From NCBI GenBank assembly GCA_015680685.1, contig MNCI01001640.1, forward strand, positions 63,563 to 127,562: a stretch of 64,000 nucleotides of DNA, in the 5' to 3' direction. Below the pieces are notes generated by a model that saw only the letters and a program-made list of their open reading frames with translations, searched no databases and was not told where the DNA came from. Origin of the DNA: Gnetum montanum. Lineage: Eukaryota; Plantae; Gnetophyta. The position numbers were made by a program, and so were the translations under genes. Numbering within the stretch: position 1 is the first letter of the stretch; the number at the start of each line of letters is the position of its first letter. Positions 8,603-19,849 of the stretch are shown one piece after another.

Positions 8603-11600
8603 ATGGCACCTAAACAAGAATGTAAACACTGAGTGCTCGCCAAGGTGGATGAGGTGAAAGACACTCTGGGACATCTATCACAGGCATGCATCACAATATG
8701 TGAGGAAACTCCATTGTCGCGGTAAGTTGATATGCCATCTTTTTTTTCCAGGTTTCTTTTTTTCTCTCTTTTTTTTCCATAATGAAACCCGCGTCTTCTG
8801 TCATTGTTTTGGTTGTCATTTTGGATGTTACACCACCGTTGTTGCCAATTCGGCCATGAAGGGTGTATGGATGCTACGCTAAGGTTGCATACCATATTAC
8901 CTAGACTGCCATTGCTATGACTATCTCTTCGTAGAGGTTTAGGTGATTCTAGCAACCTAGCATGTGAACAGCGTAGTGTACAGTCCTCAGGAGGGTTTGG
9001 CCACACATGAGATTTGACAATGTAACACATGTTTAGCACAACATAGCGTGAATCATTTTGTATGGTAGAATATTAGTTAAAATGGTTGTAGCATATTAAA
9101 TTTTTTCTTATTTGAAATTCATATTTAAATTTTTTTATTATGCTAGGCCAGTGTGTTGTAAGACCTTTAGACTAATGCATTAGTAATATTGTGTTGCTAT
9201 GCTATTGATCCTATGGTTCTGTTGGTGAATCTACCTTAGTTATAAGTCTATTATATTACTGTGCTATGCTACATGCAAAGAAAGAGTTTCACTATGCTAT
9301 TTGCTACCGGGGGCTTATGCTATGCTACATGTAGAGAAAGGGTTATGCTATGCTATTTGCAACCAAATAATCATGCTACGCTACATGCGAACTCCACTTG
9401 AACATAATGCTAATGTTGTGTAGGGTGATATTAAAACCCATTTTAATTATCCTAGAGATTATAGGGGTTTTGTGCTACCTAAGTGAACCGATGGCCAATG
9501 TTCCTCTACCCCATGCATGTGTGAAGTGGTAGGCGGTCTTGTTTTGGGAAGGTGTGCGGGACTTCCTACAATTCCTCCTCCAGCACTTTAGTGTGATTGG
9601 TTGGTCACACTTATCAATAGATGTAGCAGCCACAATTATAGAAACCCTGTTACCTGGGGCAAACTAGGGTATTCTGAAATTTCTGAACAATGGGGCACCT
9701 AGTTTTTCCATAACTTTCTGACCAATGGGGCAAACTAGCAGGCAGAAGGATCCAACCAGCATCCAAAAATTCTAAGATGCTTGAGTTGAATCTGGGAGAT
9801 GCTAGAGTATAAGTTTTTCCACTTATACAATACATTTTCTATTGCCCACCATATGGGCACCTATTTTTAGAACCCACCAGGAACCATTTATTTTTTCAGC
9901 GAGTGAGTTTTGTAAACACATTCTGTCATGTTATGCAATGCATGGTATGCTAGGAAACAATGTTAATAGTGTATGTGCTTTTTTTGTTTGTTACCAGGTT
10001 TTATATTGACAACAGTGCTCGTCACGGTGAAATTGATGCCTTCGCTTTGGCATAGATGGCCTTGAGGGAATTTTCTTCCATTGGGAATGTGCACATAACC
10101 ATGATAGGCCAATGCAGGGGTGAGTACAAAACCTATCCAACATGGTACTTCCAGTTTTATAGGAAGTGTAAGGAGGTCATTTGGTTGGATGGGGATTGGG
10201 CATCCCTTAGGCCGATCACTGTTGAAGATGTGTTGGTGGATCTCCCATCATTCCTATCTTAATTTAAACCTACTACACTAGACCATGAACTCATGTTTGT
10301 GTGTTCTAGTGTTGTTCCATTTTTCTTTAGTTATTTTTTTTGTTTTTTTTAACTTTATTTTCATTTTTATTTTTGTAAACTGCTATAGCGGTGAAGAAAT
10401 CCCAGGAGGTTACCGTGATCACCTCTGGGCATAACGAGGCCAACATCTATTTTATGTATGGGGAGGTGGACAAGACCCAACATTGGCTCTGCAATGGGGC
10501 CTTGGACTCACGTGTCAACAACCTTCAAGATGCTGGGCTTATGGAGTTATTCTTAGCCATCAACCCAAATGTCTCTACTACTAAAATGCTTTCCCTAGCT
10601 GACTCCTTTTCTAAAAGAGTAGACCACTTCCACACAAGAGTCCATGATGTGCTAGTGGTGCTTGAGATGAATAGCCAACTATTTGTGGATCTCGTTAGTG
10701 TTCCTTCTAATGGCTATGTGTGACAAATAGCCAAAAGGAGGTAAACTATCAAAAATAAGGTAAACTATCAAGGGGATATTGAGGAGTGGCTATGTGTGAC
10801 GAATAGCCAAAAGGGGATCCAGATTGAAGAGGCTAGGATCAAAGAGGCCAAAATGGTATACCCCATCTTCTGTGCCCATGCTTTCCCCAAGCTACTGTCC
10901 CAAGGAAAAATCATTGGGATCAAGCAAGCTTGGATAATGAGAGAAGTCATGGAAGAGAGGTCCTGTTACAATTGGGCCAAGCATCTTTGCAATGGTCTAC
11001 AGGCTAAAATGGTCAAGCTTCATAAGAAGCCTGAATCCTATTTCAATGTGCATGATGCCTTCTTTGTAGCCTGTCTGCGGCACTTCACAAAATTCCTAGT
11101 AGCCCATGAGAATGAAGTCTGGGTGCTACAAAATTTTAATGAGATTTCCAAACCATAGATATGCCAAGTCTTCCATACCACTTGATCCTAGGATTCCCTA
11201 GAATCTATTGGGGAATCATTTTCAATGAAAACCAGGAATTGGATGGCATGCAACTTTCATGGCCAAGACAATGTAGGAGAGGCACCCCCTACCACTACGG
11301 GCAGCATATCATAGGGAAAATGCCTCATTGTGGAGATGATGACAACTAGGTTGCAGAGTAAAATGTCTTGCCCGTTTGAGGATCCTCCTTGTATGGGAAA
11401 AGAAGGGGGATAGAAACTATTTCAAGCTTTGCAGAATGTATCCTCTCTTTATTTTTTGTATCATTTATTTTGTTAATGCTTGCTACACTGTGCTATGCTA
11501 GGTAGCATAGCATAGCATAGCATCTTTTTTAAGTTTGTATGCTTTCAGCCAGTGTGACCACGTTTTATTAGCAGAGGAAGAAGAAGAAGAAGAAGATGAA

Positions 11601-13346
11601 CTAGAGGTGACAACACCCAAAATAGGGGTGACTAATAAAGATGTGGGGGCTGCAACCATAGAGGAAATGACCCTAGTCAAGGAAGAAGGAGCTCCTACTG
11701 CCTAGGAAAGGGCTCTCACCGATGAGGAGAAGACTCTTACTGATGAGGAGGATATTCCTACCGATGAGGAGGACACTCTTGCTGATGAGGATGAAACTCC
11801 TATCAATGAAGAAGAGGTGGGTTCCATAGAAAGAAGGGCCTTGTCAACTGGAGAGAGTTTTCTACTGATTATCCCTTCACTAAATGTAGTTCAGCGCCAG
11901 AAGAGCAGATGAAGATGGAGGACACTGCCATGTTGTTCAGTCAGCTATAAGAAGAGGAGCTACAACTTGATGCTAGTGAGTTTAACCACATATTTGATAG
12001 TTTATTGATGGAAGACCCCCTCGCTATCACCCTTGAGGGTTTGCAGGGTAGGAGCTTTACACTATCATTTGCATTGCTCATCAGCTTTATTGTAGTGCTC
12101 TTGATCACAACTAACACGTTTTGTTATGTAGCAGACACCACTGTTGATACTATAGGCCCTTCTTTGATTTGGCTATGACCATGGATCAAGACCCCCCCTA
12201 ATAAGCTTGCCTTCATGTACGGGTTGGTCGACGACATGATCGATTGTCTAAAGTAGATTGATTTGGAAGTGGGTGAGTGAAGTAGCTATGTTAGGGTTTT
12301 TAAATTGCTAAATTTTGCTATGCTGCTATGACTAATGCCTTTTTGTGTACCGTTGATAGCATCTCGCCTCAAGTGGGATCCCAAGAAAGTAGTTAAGATC
12401 AACGCGATGCCTACATTCCCACCAAAAGTGACCGAAGTACCTTGTCGCATATACGACGAGGCTAGTGAATGTGCACTATACTTGGCATGCTCCTTGTGGG
12501 AGTGTATGCATATAAATGAAGACCTGTGGAAATGGGTCTAGAGGCTTGAGAAGGAGAAGGAAAATCTAATCACCAAGGTGGGAGACCTCCACTCTAGGAA
12601 TAAGTTCCTTTTGGCTTGACATACCAATGATGGCAGTTGATGCAAAACTTTCATTGATTATGCGAGGTAATGGATGATCGTGTGGCACAACAATTTGGCC
12701 GCTTGTGAAATAATAGAGCTGCGTATGTAAATGGACTTGTTGGCATAGAAGAACCAAGATTGAAAAGATTATAGTGCAAGAGTTTATGAGTGGGGGTAAT
12801 CACAAAAAAACCATAAGCATATGTATAAACTAGAATGTGTTACCTACCATAAACAGTACTGGGATGCTTCTGCTAAGTTTTATATGCATGAAGTGTTCCT
12901 CAATGTCATTGGTGCTTCTGGGGCTTACGACAAGTTCATGCAACATGTGAAGGTCAATGAATCCCTTGAATGGGAAGTGAGTTTCCTCATGGGTGAGACC
13001 GCCACTACCTCCTTTTCTCTAGGGCCACCGAGATGGGACAACTATTGAAAAGGAGAAAGTTACAACAAACACTGACTTAGAAGATAAGCACTAGGCAAAC
13101 ATTATTGAAAAGGAGGTTTGGTGGTGCCTTGGGATTGGCCTAGATTGCATACCCCCTCAAACAGACGTGGGGCTATCTTGGGTTAGTCACATTTTTGTGA
13201 TGCAATAATTTATTTTATTCTAGTTTTTATTGTGACTCTAGTTGAGTAATTTAATTTCTATGATAAAGAATCTGGATAAAGATATAAGACCCTTTGAGGG
13301 AGGGAACGATGATGTAGAGGAAGATGATGTAAAGGAATATTCATAG
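8603..13346 (+). pseudogene. Antisense multi-exon accessory gene of copy B (FCP1/NIF-like domain, PMD-like region, acidic tracts, C-terminal helical region); premature stops
   Basis: Exon 1 8603-8721 (GTAAGT donor), exon 2 9424-9902, exon 3 from 9998, exon 4 from about 10389, acidic exon about 11572-12047, long 3' exon about 12360-13181, last acidic exon ending TAG 13346; exons conserved with copy F while introns are T-rich. Confidence 0.8.
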
Positions 13347-13574
13347 CATGATAGCAAGTGATTTTATTTCAATTTTTGAAAGAATATTGTAAACATTATT
13401 TGATTAAGACTTTAAATGGAAGATGAATTATGACACAATTCCTTTTATTTTGGCTTATGTATTACCTATGTTATCTATTTTATCTCTTTTCATCTTATTT
13501 TTAGTCCATTTCAAGCCTTTTTCAAGTGATAAGAAGAAGAAATTTTTTTTATTTTGTAATTTTTTTGAGAATAG

Positions 13575-13785
13575 CTAGTTTTAGGCCTTGGCATGCCATA
13601 GTGGTAGTTTAAGGCCATTCCTATCCATCGCTAGTTTTAGGCCATTTTGGGCCATTGCGAAGGCACTGGGTAAATAATTTTTCCAGTTTTAGGCCTTAGT
13701 GGGACATGTGTAGTTTTAGGCCATTTCAGGCCATGGGGTGATGGTGAAGAAAGAATTTTTCCAGTTTTAGGCCTTAGCAAGCTAT
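13575..13785 (-). repeat. Hairpin-motif array downstream of gag-pro (copy B), about 6 units
   Basis: Element-sense GGCC-N6-GGCC-TAAAACTRG units. Confidence 0.85.
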
Positions 13786-13899
13786 AATGGAAACGCGAAC
13801 GGGGTACACGATGCAAACAATGTAAATAAACAAGATGTTAAAGCCAATGATGGATGTAAAGAAAATAGTGTAGGTGAGGAGAAGTATGCATAATGTAGC

Positions 13900-16800
13900 T
13901 ATGGTAACGTGGACACAGTTCAATTTTGGAGATGCTTTTTGACCCATCATGGGTTTGGCGATGTGTAAAGCCGAGGGGCCTTGTTGTGCTATTTCTCTAT
14001 GCTATCATTTTCCACATAAAATGACATTTTAGACCATGTTGTGACTTCATTTGTACCAATTTTAGATTGTTTAGATGCCTCCATTTGAACAAGGGCTTGT
14101 TCTTTAGAGACTTCGATCTCTAAACCTTGCTCTACCCCCACATTGTTTATGGTCTAAGGAGTTTCATCATCATCGTGTATCACCACTTACCCTCCTGCAT
14201 AGGGTAAATGGATCTCTTGATGTATCGACAATGAAACGGCCCTTAGTTGGGGCAACCACAACCTCCCCAGAATCATGTTGAATCCTGGCATCTCCTCTAC
14301 CACTATGAACGTTACGTTTGTGGGAAACTGGTCCCCTGCCACAAAGTTAATCTACATAGTCCCTTTTACTTGCATGCATGTCCCATTAAATGACTTTAGG
14401 TAGGATGTCATCATGGGCTTAATCTGATACACTAGGCCCAACTTGTCCACAATGGGAAAAGGGATGACATTGGTTGTGGGACCATCATCAATTTGTACTC
14501 TTCAGATCCTATGTTGGCCAACCTGAATTGTGATGAACATTGGTGTCATTGTTACCTAACCATTTTCAAGGTAATCTTTAATGGAGCCATCAAAAAATGT
14601 TAACTGAGATAACCTTAATTTTTTAGACACAGGAGTAAGCATAATTGTGTGAATTACCTTTTCCTCCGTTTATATGCTTTCATCCACCGGTATGGATGTC
14701 AACATATGAACCAAGGCCTCATGGTGTGTAGTAGAGGTCATCGCCAAGTCATACAGGTTCAAAGTTGTATTCTTCTATTTTAGAGCCTTCTTGACCTGAG
14801 TAAGGGTGTTTAATAGGTATTTCTCACCCTCCTATTGCTTGCTACCCTTTTCATCCTCCATTCATCCTAGGAGATGAATTTCCCAAGGAGGAGTGGTTTT
14901 AGGCTTGGGGTTGGACCTTTTTGTGAAGGCTGGTGATGATTGCTTAGGCATAGCAATGTTAGCTATTGATGATGAGGGGGGTGAAGGCATGGAAGACGAG
15001 GGGCTAGGCCTAGGGGGGATTGAGGTAGCACTTTGTTTAGCCACCTTGTCTAGTGAATGCACTTCCCTCTTCTTTGGATGGAAAGGCTATGAGGTTGCCT
15101 TGGATTGACTTGGTATGGTGGGGGCAATTGAATGTTTCAGCCCCCTAATGGTGAACAATGTTTCTAGTGTCAATGTAGGCGGCCATGTGGTTTTAAACAT
15201 GAAAGGTCTAGGGGCGGATGTCCAAGAGGGAACTTTAAGGACAAACAGTTGCTATGGCATTTTTTTGGTTACTGCTAGTATCGGTGCACTACACTGAGGC
15301 ACAAGAACCACAAATGGTTGCTCAGGTGGTTTGGGATTACTGTCTACGCCAATGGTGTTGATGATGTAGATGGCATTGTTAGCATTAAGTGGGTCTATGT
15401 AAACATGAATAGATTGATTCTCGGGATGCACAGGGTTGCTTTCATCTAGAACCAGCTTCCCTTGATTAATCATTCATTGAATGATATTCTTTAACACTTA
15501 ACAGTAATCCATGTTGTGACCACAAAGTTGATGGTAGTCACAGAACCACTTCAGCCTAAAATTCTTAAGAACAAGAGGCTCGTTGGGAAAAGCCAAGGAG
15601 TGGTTCGTAAGGAGTTCATAGTACCATTGATGTCTTTTATTTGTGTCCTCTAACATCTTCTTGTGTTGAATATACCTTTCCCCTTACAATTTCTTCAGGA
15701 GTTCTAAAGGATTGATAGGTAGTGGGGTGTATTTAGAGTGATCTTTACTCTCAAAGTTAGGCTTAGGCGAGGTGGATGCTTTGGGTGCCGACATGGAGGG
15801 TTGAGCAGTGTTGCTCAGGCTAGGCACAAGGTTAGTTGATGTAGTGGCTACCTTTTTGTTGTTATTGTTGTTAGGATTGGCCTCATTTACCACAGTGGAC
15901 ACTATGGCTATTGTAGCCTTCCCTTTCTCTTTGTCCTTTATGATATATGTGTTCTTATATGCAACATATGCTAGATCTTTACATGCCTTGGCCATGTCTT
16001 GAATTCTCTTAGCCTAGGCAATAACTTTACTAAGAGTCCATGGAGCTATATAGTACAGTTTGAACTTAATAAATTCATTCATTGCACCCTTTAAGATGGC
16101 TAGTAGATGGGTCTTTGTGATAGGCTCGTGGATCTCATTAAAGATAGTGCTTCATTACTGTATAAGTTTTTGGAATGATTCCAATGGATCTTGCTTAACA
16201 CTCATTAAATGATCCAGTGTAACCTCTAGTCTCAAGTTATACTTGAATCGAGTTATGAATTGAGTTAACAGCTCCTCTAGGGATGAGATAGAAAAGTGTG
16301 GGAGCATGTGGTACCTATCTAAATCCTTGCCCATTAGAGACATAGTAAAGATGTGGATGATGGTGTGTGGCCATTGTTGTAGTAGAAGGGACTCAAATCT
16401 AAACGTCACGAGATGCACATTGGGATCACCCTTCCCATTATATTCTGTAAAGTGGTGGACTACCATTCTAGGGGCTAATGTGAGAATGGGGACTGCTAGG
16501 ATGATGGGATCGTCATGGTAGAAATCCATGACTTATACTATGTCAGAACTGGTAGCTTTCAGATGCTTAATTTTCTCAGTAAAGGTCTAGATAAGCTGGA
16601 ATGCTTGGTCTAGACCCAGGGATAATGCAAATGATTGTGGAGCTGTAGGGGTAGCCACCATTGGTGGCGTGGTAGGGGTAGTGGCCTGGCTCATAGGTGG
16701 TGCCATTAGGGTGGCCCCTACAAAGGGTGCTTCTTGTGCTATCCACCACCCAATGGGTGGTGCTGTTGGAGCAGCAGCCACTGGTGGTGCCATGGGATAC

Positions 16801-17620
16801 ATAGTTTGCATGATCAGTGGGGAAAACCACAATCTTGAGCTTGGTTGTACCATTTGCAAGACCTGGTACAGTTGATGTTGAGTGTAGTGCAACATTTGGG
16901 AAGGTTGCAATGTAGGGGGAAAGTGATTGGGATCCACTATGTGGCTAGGGTTGGGCCCACTACTAATGGTGGAATAGGTGTAGATGCTTGAATGGAAGCA
17001 GAGACTGTATGCAATTTTGACATAGGTACCATGTGCACGTAAGGTAGGGTAGTTGTGATTGGTGCTTGGTATGATGAAGGAATAGATTGGGGAATAGATT
17101 GTGGGGGATAGGGCTTGGAAAAGAGATGGACGAATAGTGATGTTAATACACCGAGGGCATGGCATGACTACCTGTGGCTGATGAAACTACATTTTGTGAC
17201 AAGGTAGATGTAATCATAAAGGGAGTAGATGACTAGAAGGATGGGATGGGAGGGATAGTCGTAGGGTTAGTTTGACCACCACCCTCGGATTGGAAATCCA
17301 AGTCCTCTTGTCCATCCTAAAATGCCTCATCATAGTGAGATGTCATGTCTCGTTGCTCCCTAGACCTACTTGTCTGTACTAGCTAATCTAAGATCCACCA
17401 ATACGATTCCATCAGGGGAATTAAAGCACCAATAGTAGGGATAAATTCCCTTCCATTATGGTAAAGGAACTCAATGTTACGTTTGTCTTCAAGTTCTTGG
17501 GCATCTAAGGGCAGATTCTCTTGGACCTTAGCATAGAGGAAATTGTAAAGTTCAGTATGTTGTACCAAGGTCTTAGGTGATCAATTTTGGATCCTAAGAG
17601 ATTAGTGTGGCCCTTGCACT
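13900..17620 (-). pseudogene. gag: gag-protease of copy B, degenerate
   Basis: FTEYNGKGDPNVHL...LEELLTQFITRFKYN...VKQDPLESFQK; C-x2-H/GH-x4 knuckle remnant near 15510-15545; protease QIDDGPTTNVIP and FNMILGRLWL. Confidence 0.9.
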
Positions 17621-17931
17621 AGGGTAGGCAATTTCTCATCACCTATGGTGCCTTGAACTAAAAAAGGGACCTCAAGGTTTGATGTATCAACAATAGTGGT
17701 TGAGGAAATCATTTTTGCGATGTTGAAAATGATTTTTCGAGCAAGAAGAAAATAGAGATCAAGAGGCAATCAGAGGCTTTTCATCCTATAAGGTTCCAAA
17801 GGAATCGTCGTTGCGACTAGCCTGTACTACATGATGTGTAAACAACCACAAGGGTTTCACATTTATGCTAATGAGTGATGAGGTATAGGGAGCATGTAGG
17901 ACTACTTGTGAGACATGGAAAAGGCACCAAA

Positions 17932-17948
17932 AGATCCTCCTAGCACCA
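17932..17948 (-). other. Primer-binding site, copy B
   Basis: TGGTGCTAGGAGGATC next to the LTR end; variant of TGGCACTAGAAGGAGGG seen at 23647 and 60840. Confidence 0.7.
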
Positions 17949-17952
17949 AAAA

Positions 17953-19582
17953 TCATAGCAGCCAAAAACGTCGGTGGTTGGAACACCGAGAGGTTACTAG
18001 GTGAAATAGTTTAACCCTAGATCCATGTAAGGGCCATGCTAGAGAAAATGAAAGTGGGGCGCACTTAACAGTCTGGTAACTTAACTTTACATGAATGTTG
18101 TTTTGAATGTAAAATACACGAGGTAAAATAGATGATCAATAAATGAAGGAACGAAGGAAATAATGCCAAAAAATGATAATAATAAAGAGATAACAGAATA
18201 AACTCAGGTAAGAAAATGCACCACCTCAAGGTCACAGGTTTAATTCTTTTCCTTGTTTGAAAGATGATAACAAGTTATACAACGCCAGAGGTGCACAGAG
18301 AATTCAATAGTAACTAGAATGCTCAAGGGAAAATGCCAACTATGTGTTTTGGTAGCCAACTTAAAGACCAACTGTATCAAGAAGCCAACTCTATTTGTTG
18401 AGGAGTTAATCTAGGAGCTAACCAGTCAATGCAAAATGCCAACAAGCCAACTACTCTTCTCAATGTAAAATGCCAACTCTTTGGATGAAAGATGCCAACC
18501 AAAAAAGCCAACCTTTTGAGAATTGTTTGCTGAGGTATTTATAGGGCTAGGAGTAGGAGAAAAATGCAGTTTAGGTGCCACATGTCCTTGACCCCACAAT
18601 ATGCAAACATGATGGTACCCTATAGGTGTGTTGTGCCAGTCGTGAACTTTGTTTCACTATAACCATGTTATCAAAACTACACATGCTGGAATCCAATGTG
18701 CTAACAATGAAAGAAAAAATGGAGTCTCTACCCTAGGACTATGTCTTCCCTATTCTTATGAATAGGATCAAGCGTAGCAACAAATTTTGGGGGATGCACT
18801 AAATGGTATGCGAAAGTGGAACAAAGTCCCCAATCATGACGAGCTTAGTTATTGCCAACAAGCTGTAGAGCTAGCTAAAGATTTCCTGATGCCTTTGTCA
18901 ACTTTGCATCAGTTATGCTATCTAGCACATTGATGTTGCGTAGTTGCTTACTATGCTGTGCTACACTATGTAGCATAGCATAACGTAGCCACTATTTTAA
19001 ATAGGAAACTTGCATTGGAGTTAATAGCATTTGTTGGATGCCTTGGCACATGCCAAGTTAACCTTTGGAGCATTTTATTGATTTGCCTCTACACTACTCT
19101 ACAGAGCGTAGTAGCCAATGTAACATGCATTTCTGTCAAGATTGTGGGGTTTCACAAGAAAAAATTGCTTGTGCTTCAAGAGCTAACTAAGACAGGGTAG
19201 TTTTGAAAGCCATAATGTTGTTAGATGCAATTCTTTTTCTGAAATGGCTTGGCAAGGGAGTCTTTGCATATTTTTCCCTTGGTACGTTGTGCTATGATAT
19301 ATAGCGTAGCATAGTGTAGCACCCCATTTTGGCTGAATTCTAACTTTGCCTTGCGTGAACATCTTGCCAAAACTTGTATTCAAATATTTGATTGTTTTTT
19401 CGAAAGCTTGCTATGCTGTGCAACGTAGTGTAGCATAGTAGACTTCTCTACTAGAAAACTTTCCAAATTGCTTTGGTTATCCCAAAAAACTTAGACAACT
19501 CCTAGCATAGTTTCTGGTTAGACTATCAACCGAATGAATTGTCCAGGTGGGCAGGCCAGAGAGTCCATCGGGACTATCAACA
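17953..19582 (-). repeat. 5' LTR of copy B (about 1.6 kb)
   Basis: Starts TGTTGATAG at 19582; CCCTATAAATAC near 18540; abuts the PBS; similar to the LTR of copy C (shared CTAGGACTATGTCTTCC block). Confidence 0.75.
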
Positions 19583-19849
19583 CTGTAAATAGAAAACTTG
19601 CTAGATTGGACAATCTAATCTCAATGCCTACATTTTCTTAGAATGTAGTCATGACGCTACACTTGTGGAGGTCCTGGCCAAAATTCCAAGACCCTGGTGA
19701 AGCAAGAGGGTCTTGGAAATTTATGGTGTTTCAAGTTGATCTTTATCCTAAATAGGCGACATATCTTCAGAGAAATCTATTTTTGACCCTTGCTTTGCAT
19801 CAATGCTGTTAATGGTTAGGGAAGATATATTGTCATCATATATTACCAC

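Larger units (their letters stand above)
7321..19582 (-). mobile_element. Tat/Ogre-like retrotransposon copy B (5' LTR, PBS, gag-pro, antisense gene, 5' part of RT; truncated near 7321)
   Basis: Colinear with copy F over about 10 kb; LTR, PBS and gag/protease/RT motifs present. Confidence 0.9.

Noticed and set aside
8603-13346. Host gene into which retroelements inserted
   Set aside because: The same gene lies at the same position and orientation relative to pol in three diverged element copies, so it travels with the element
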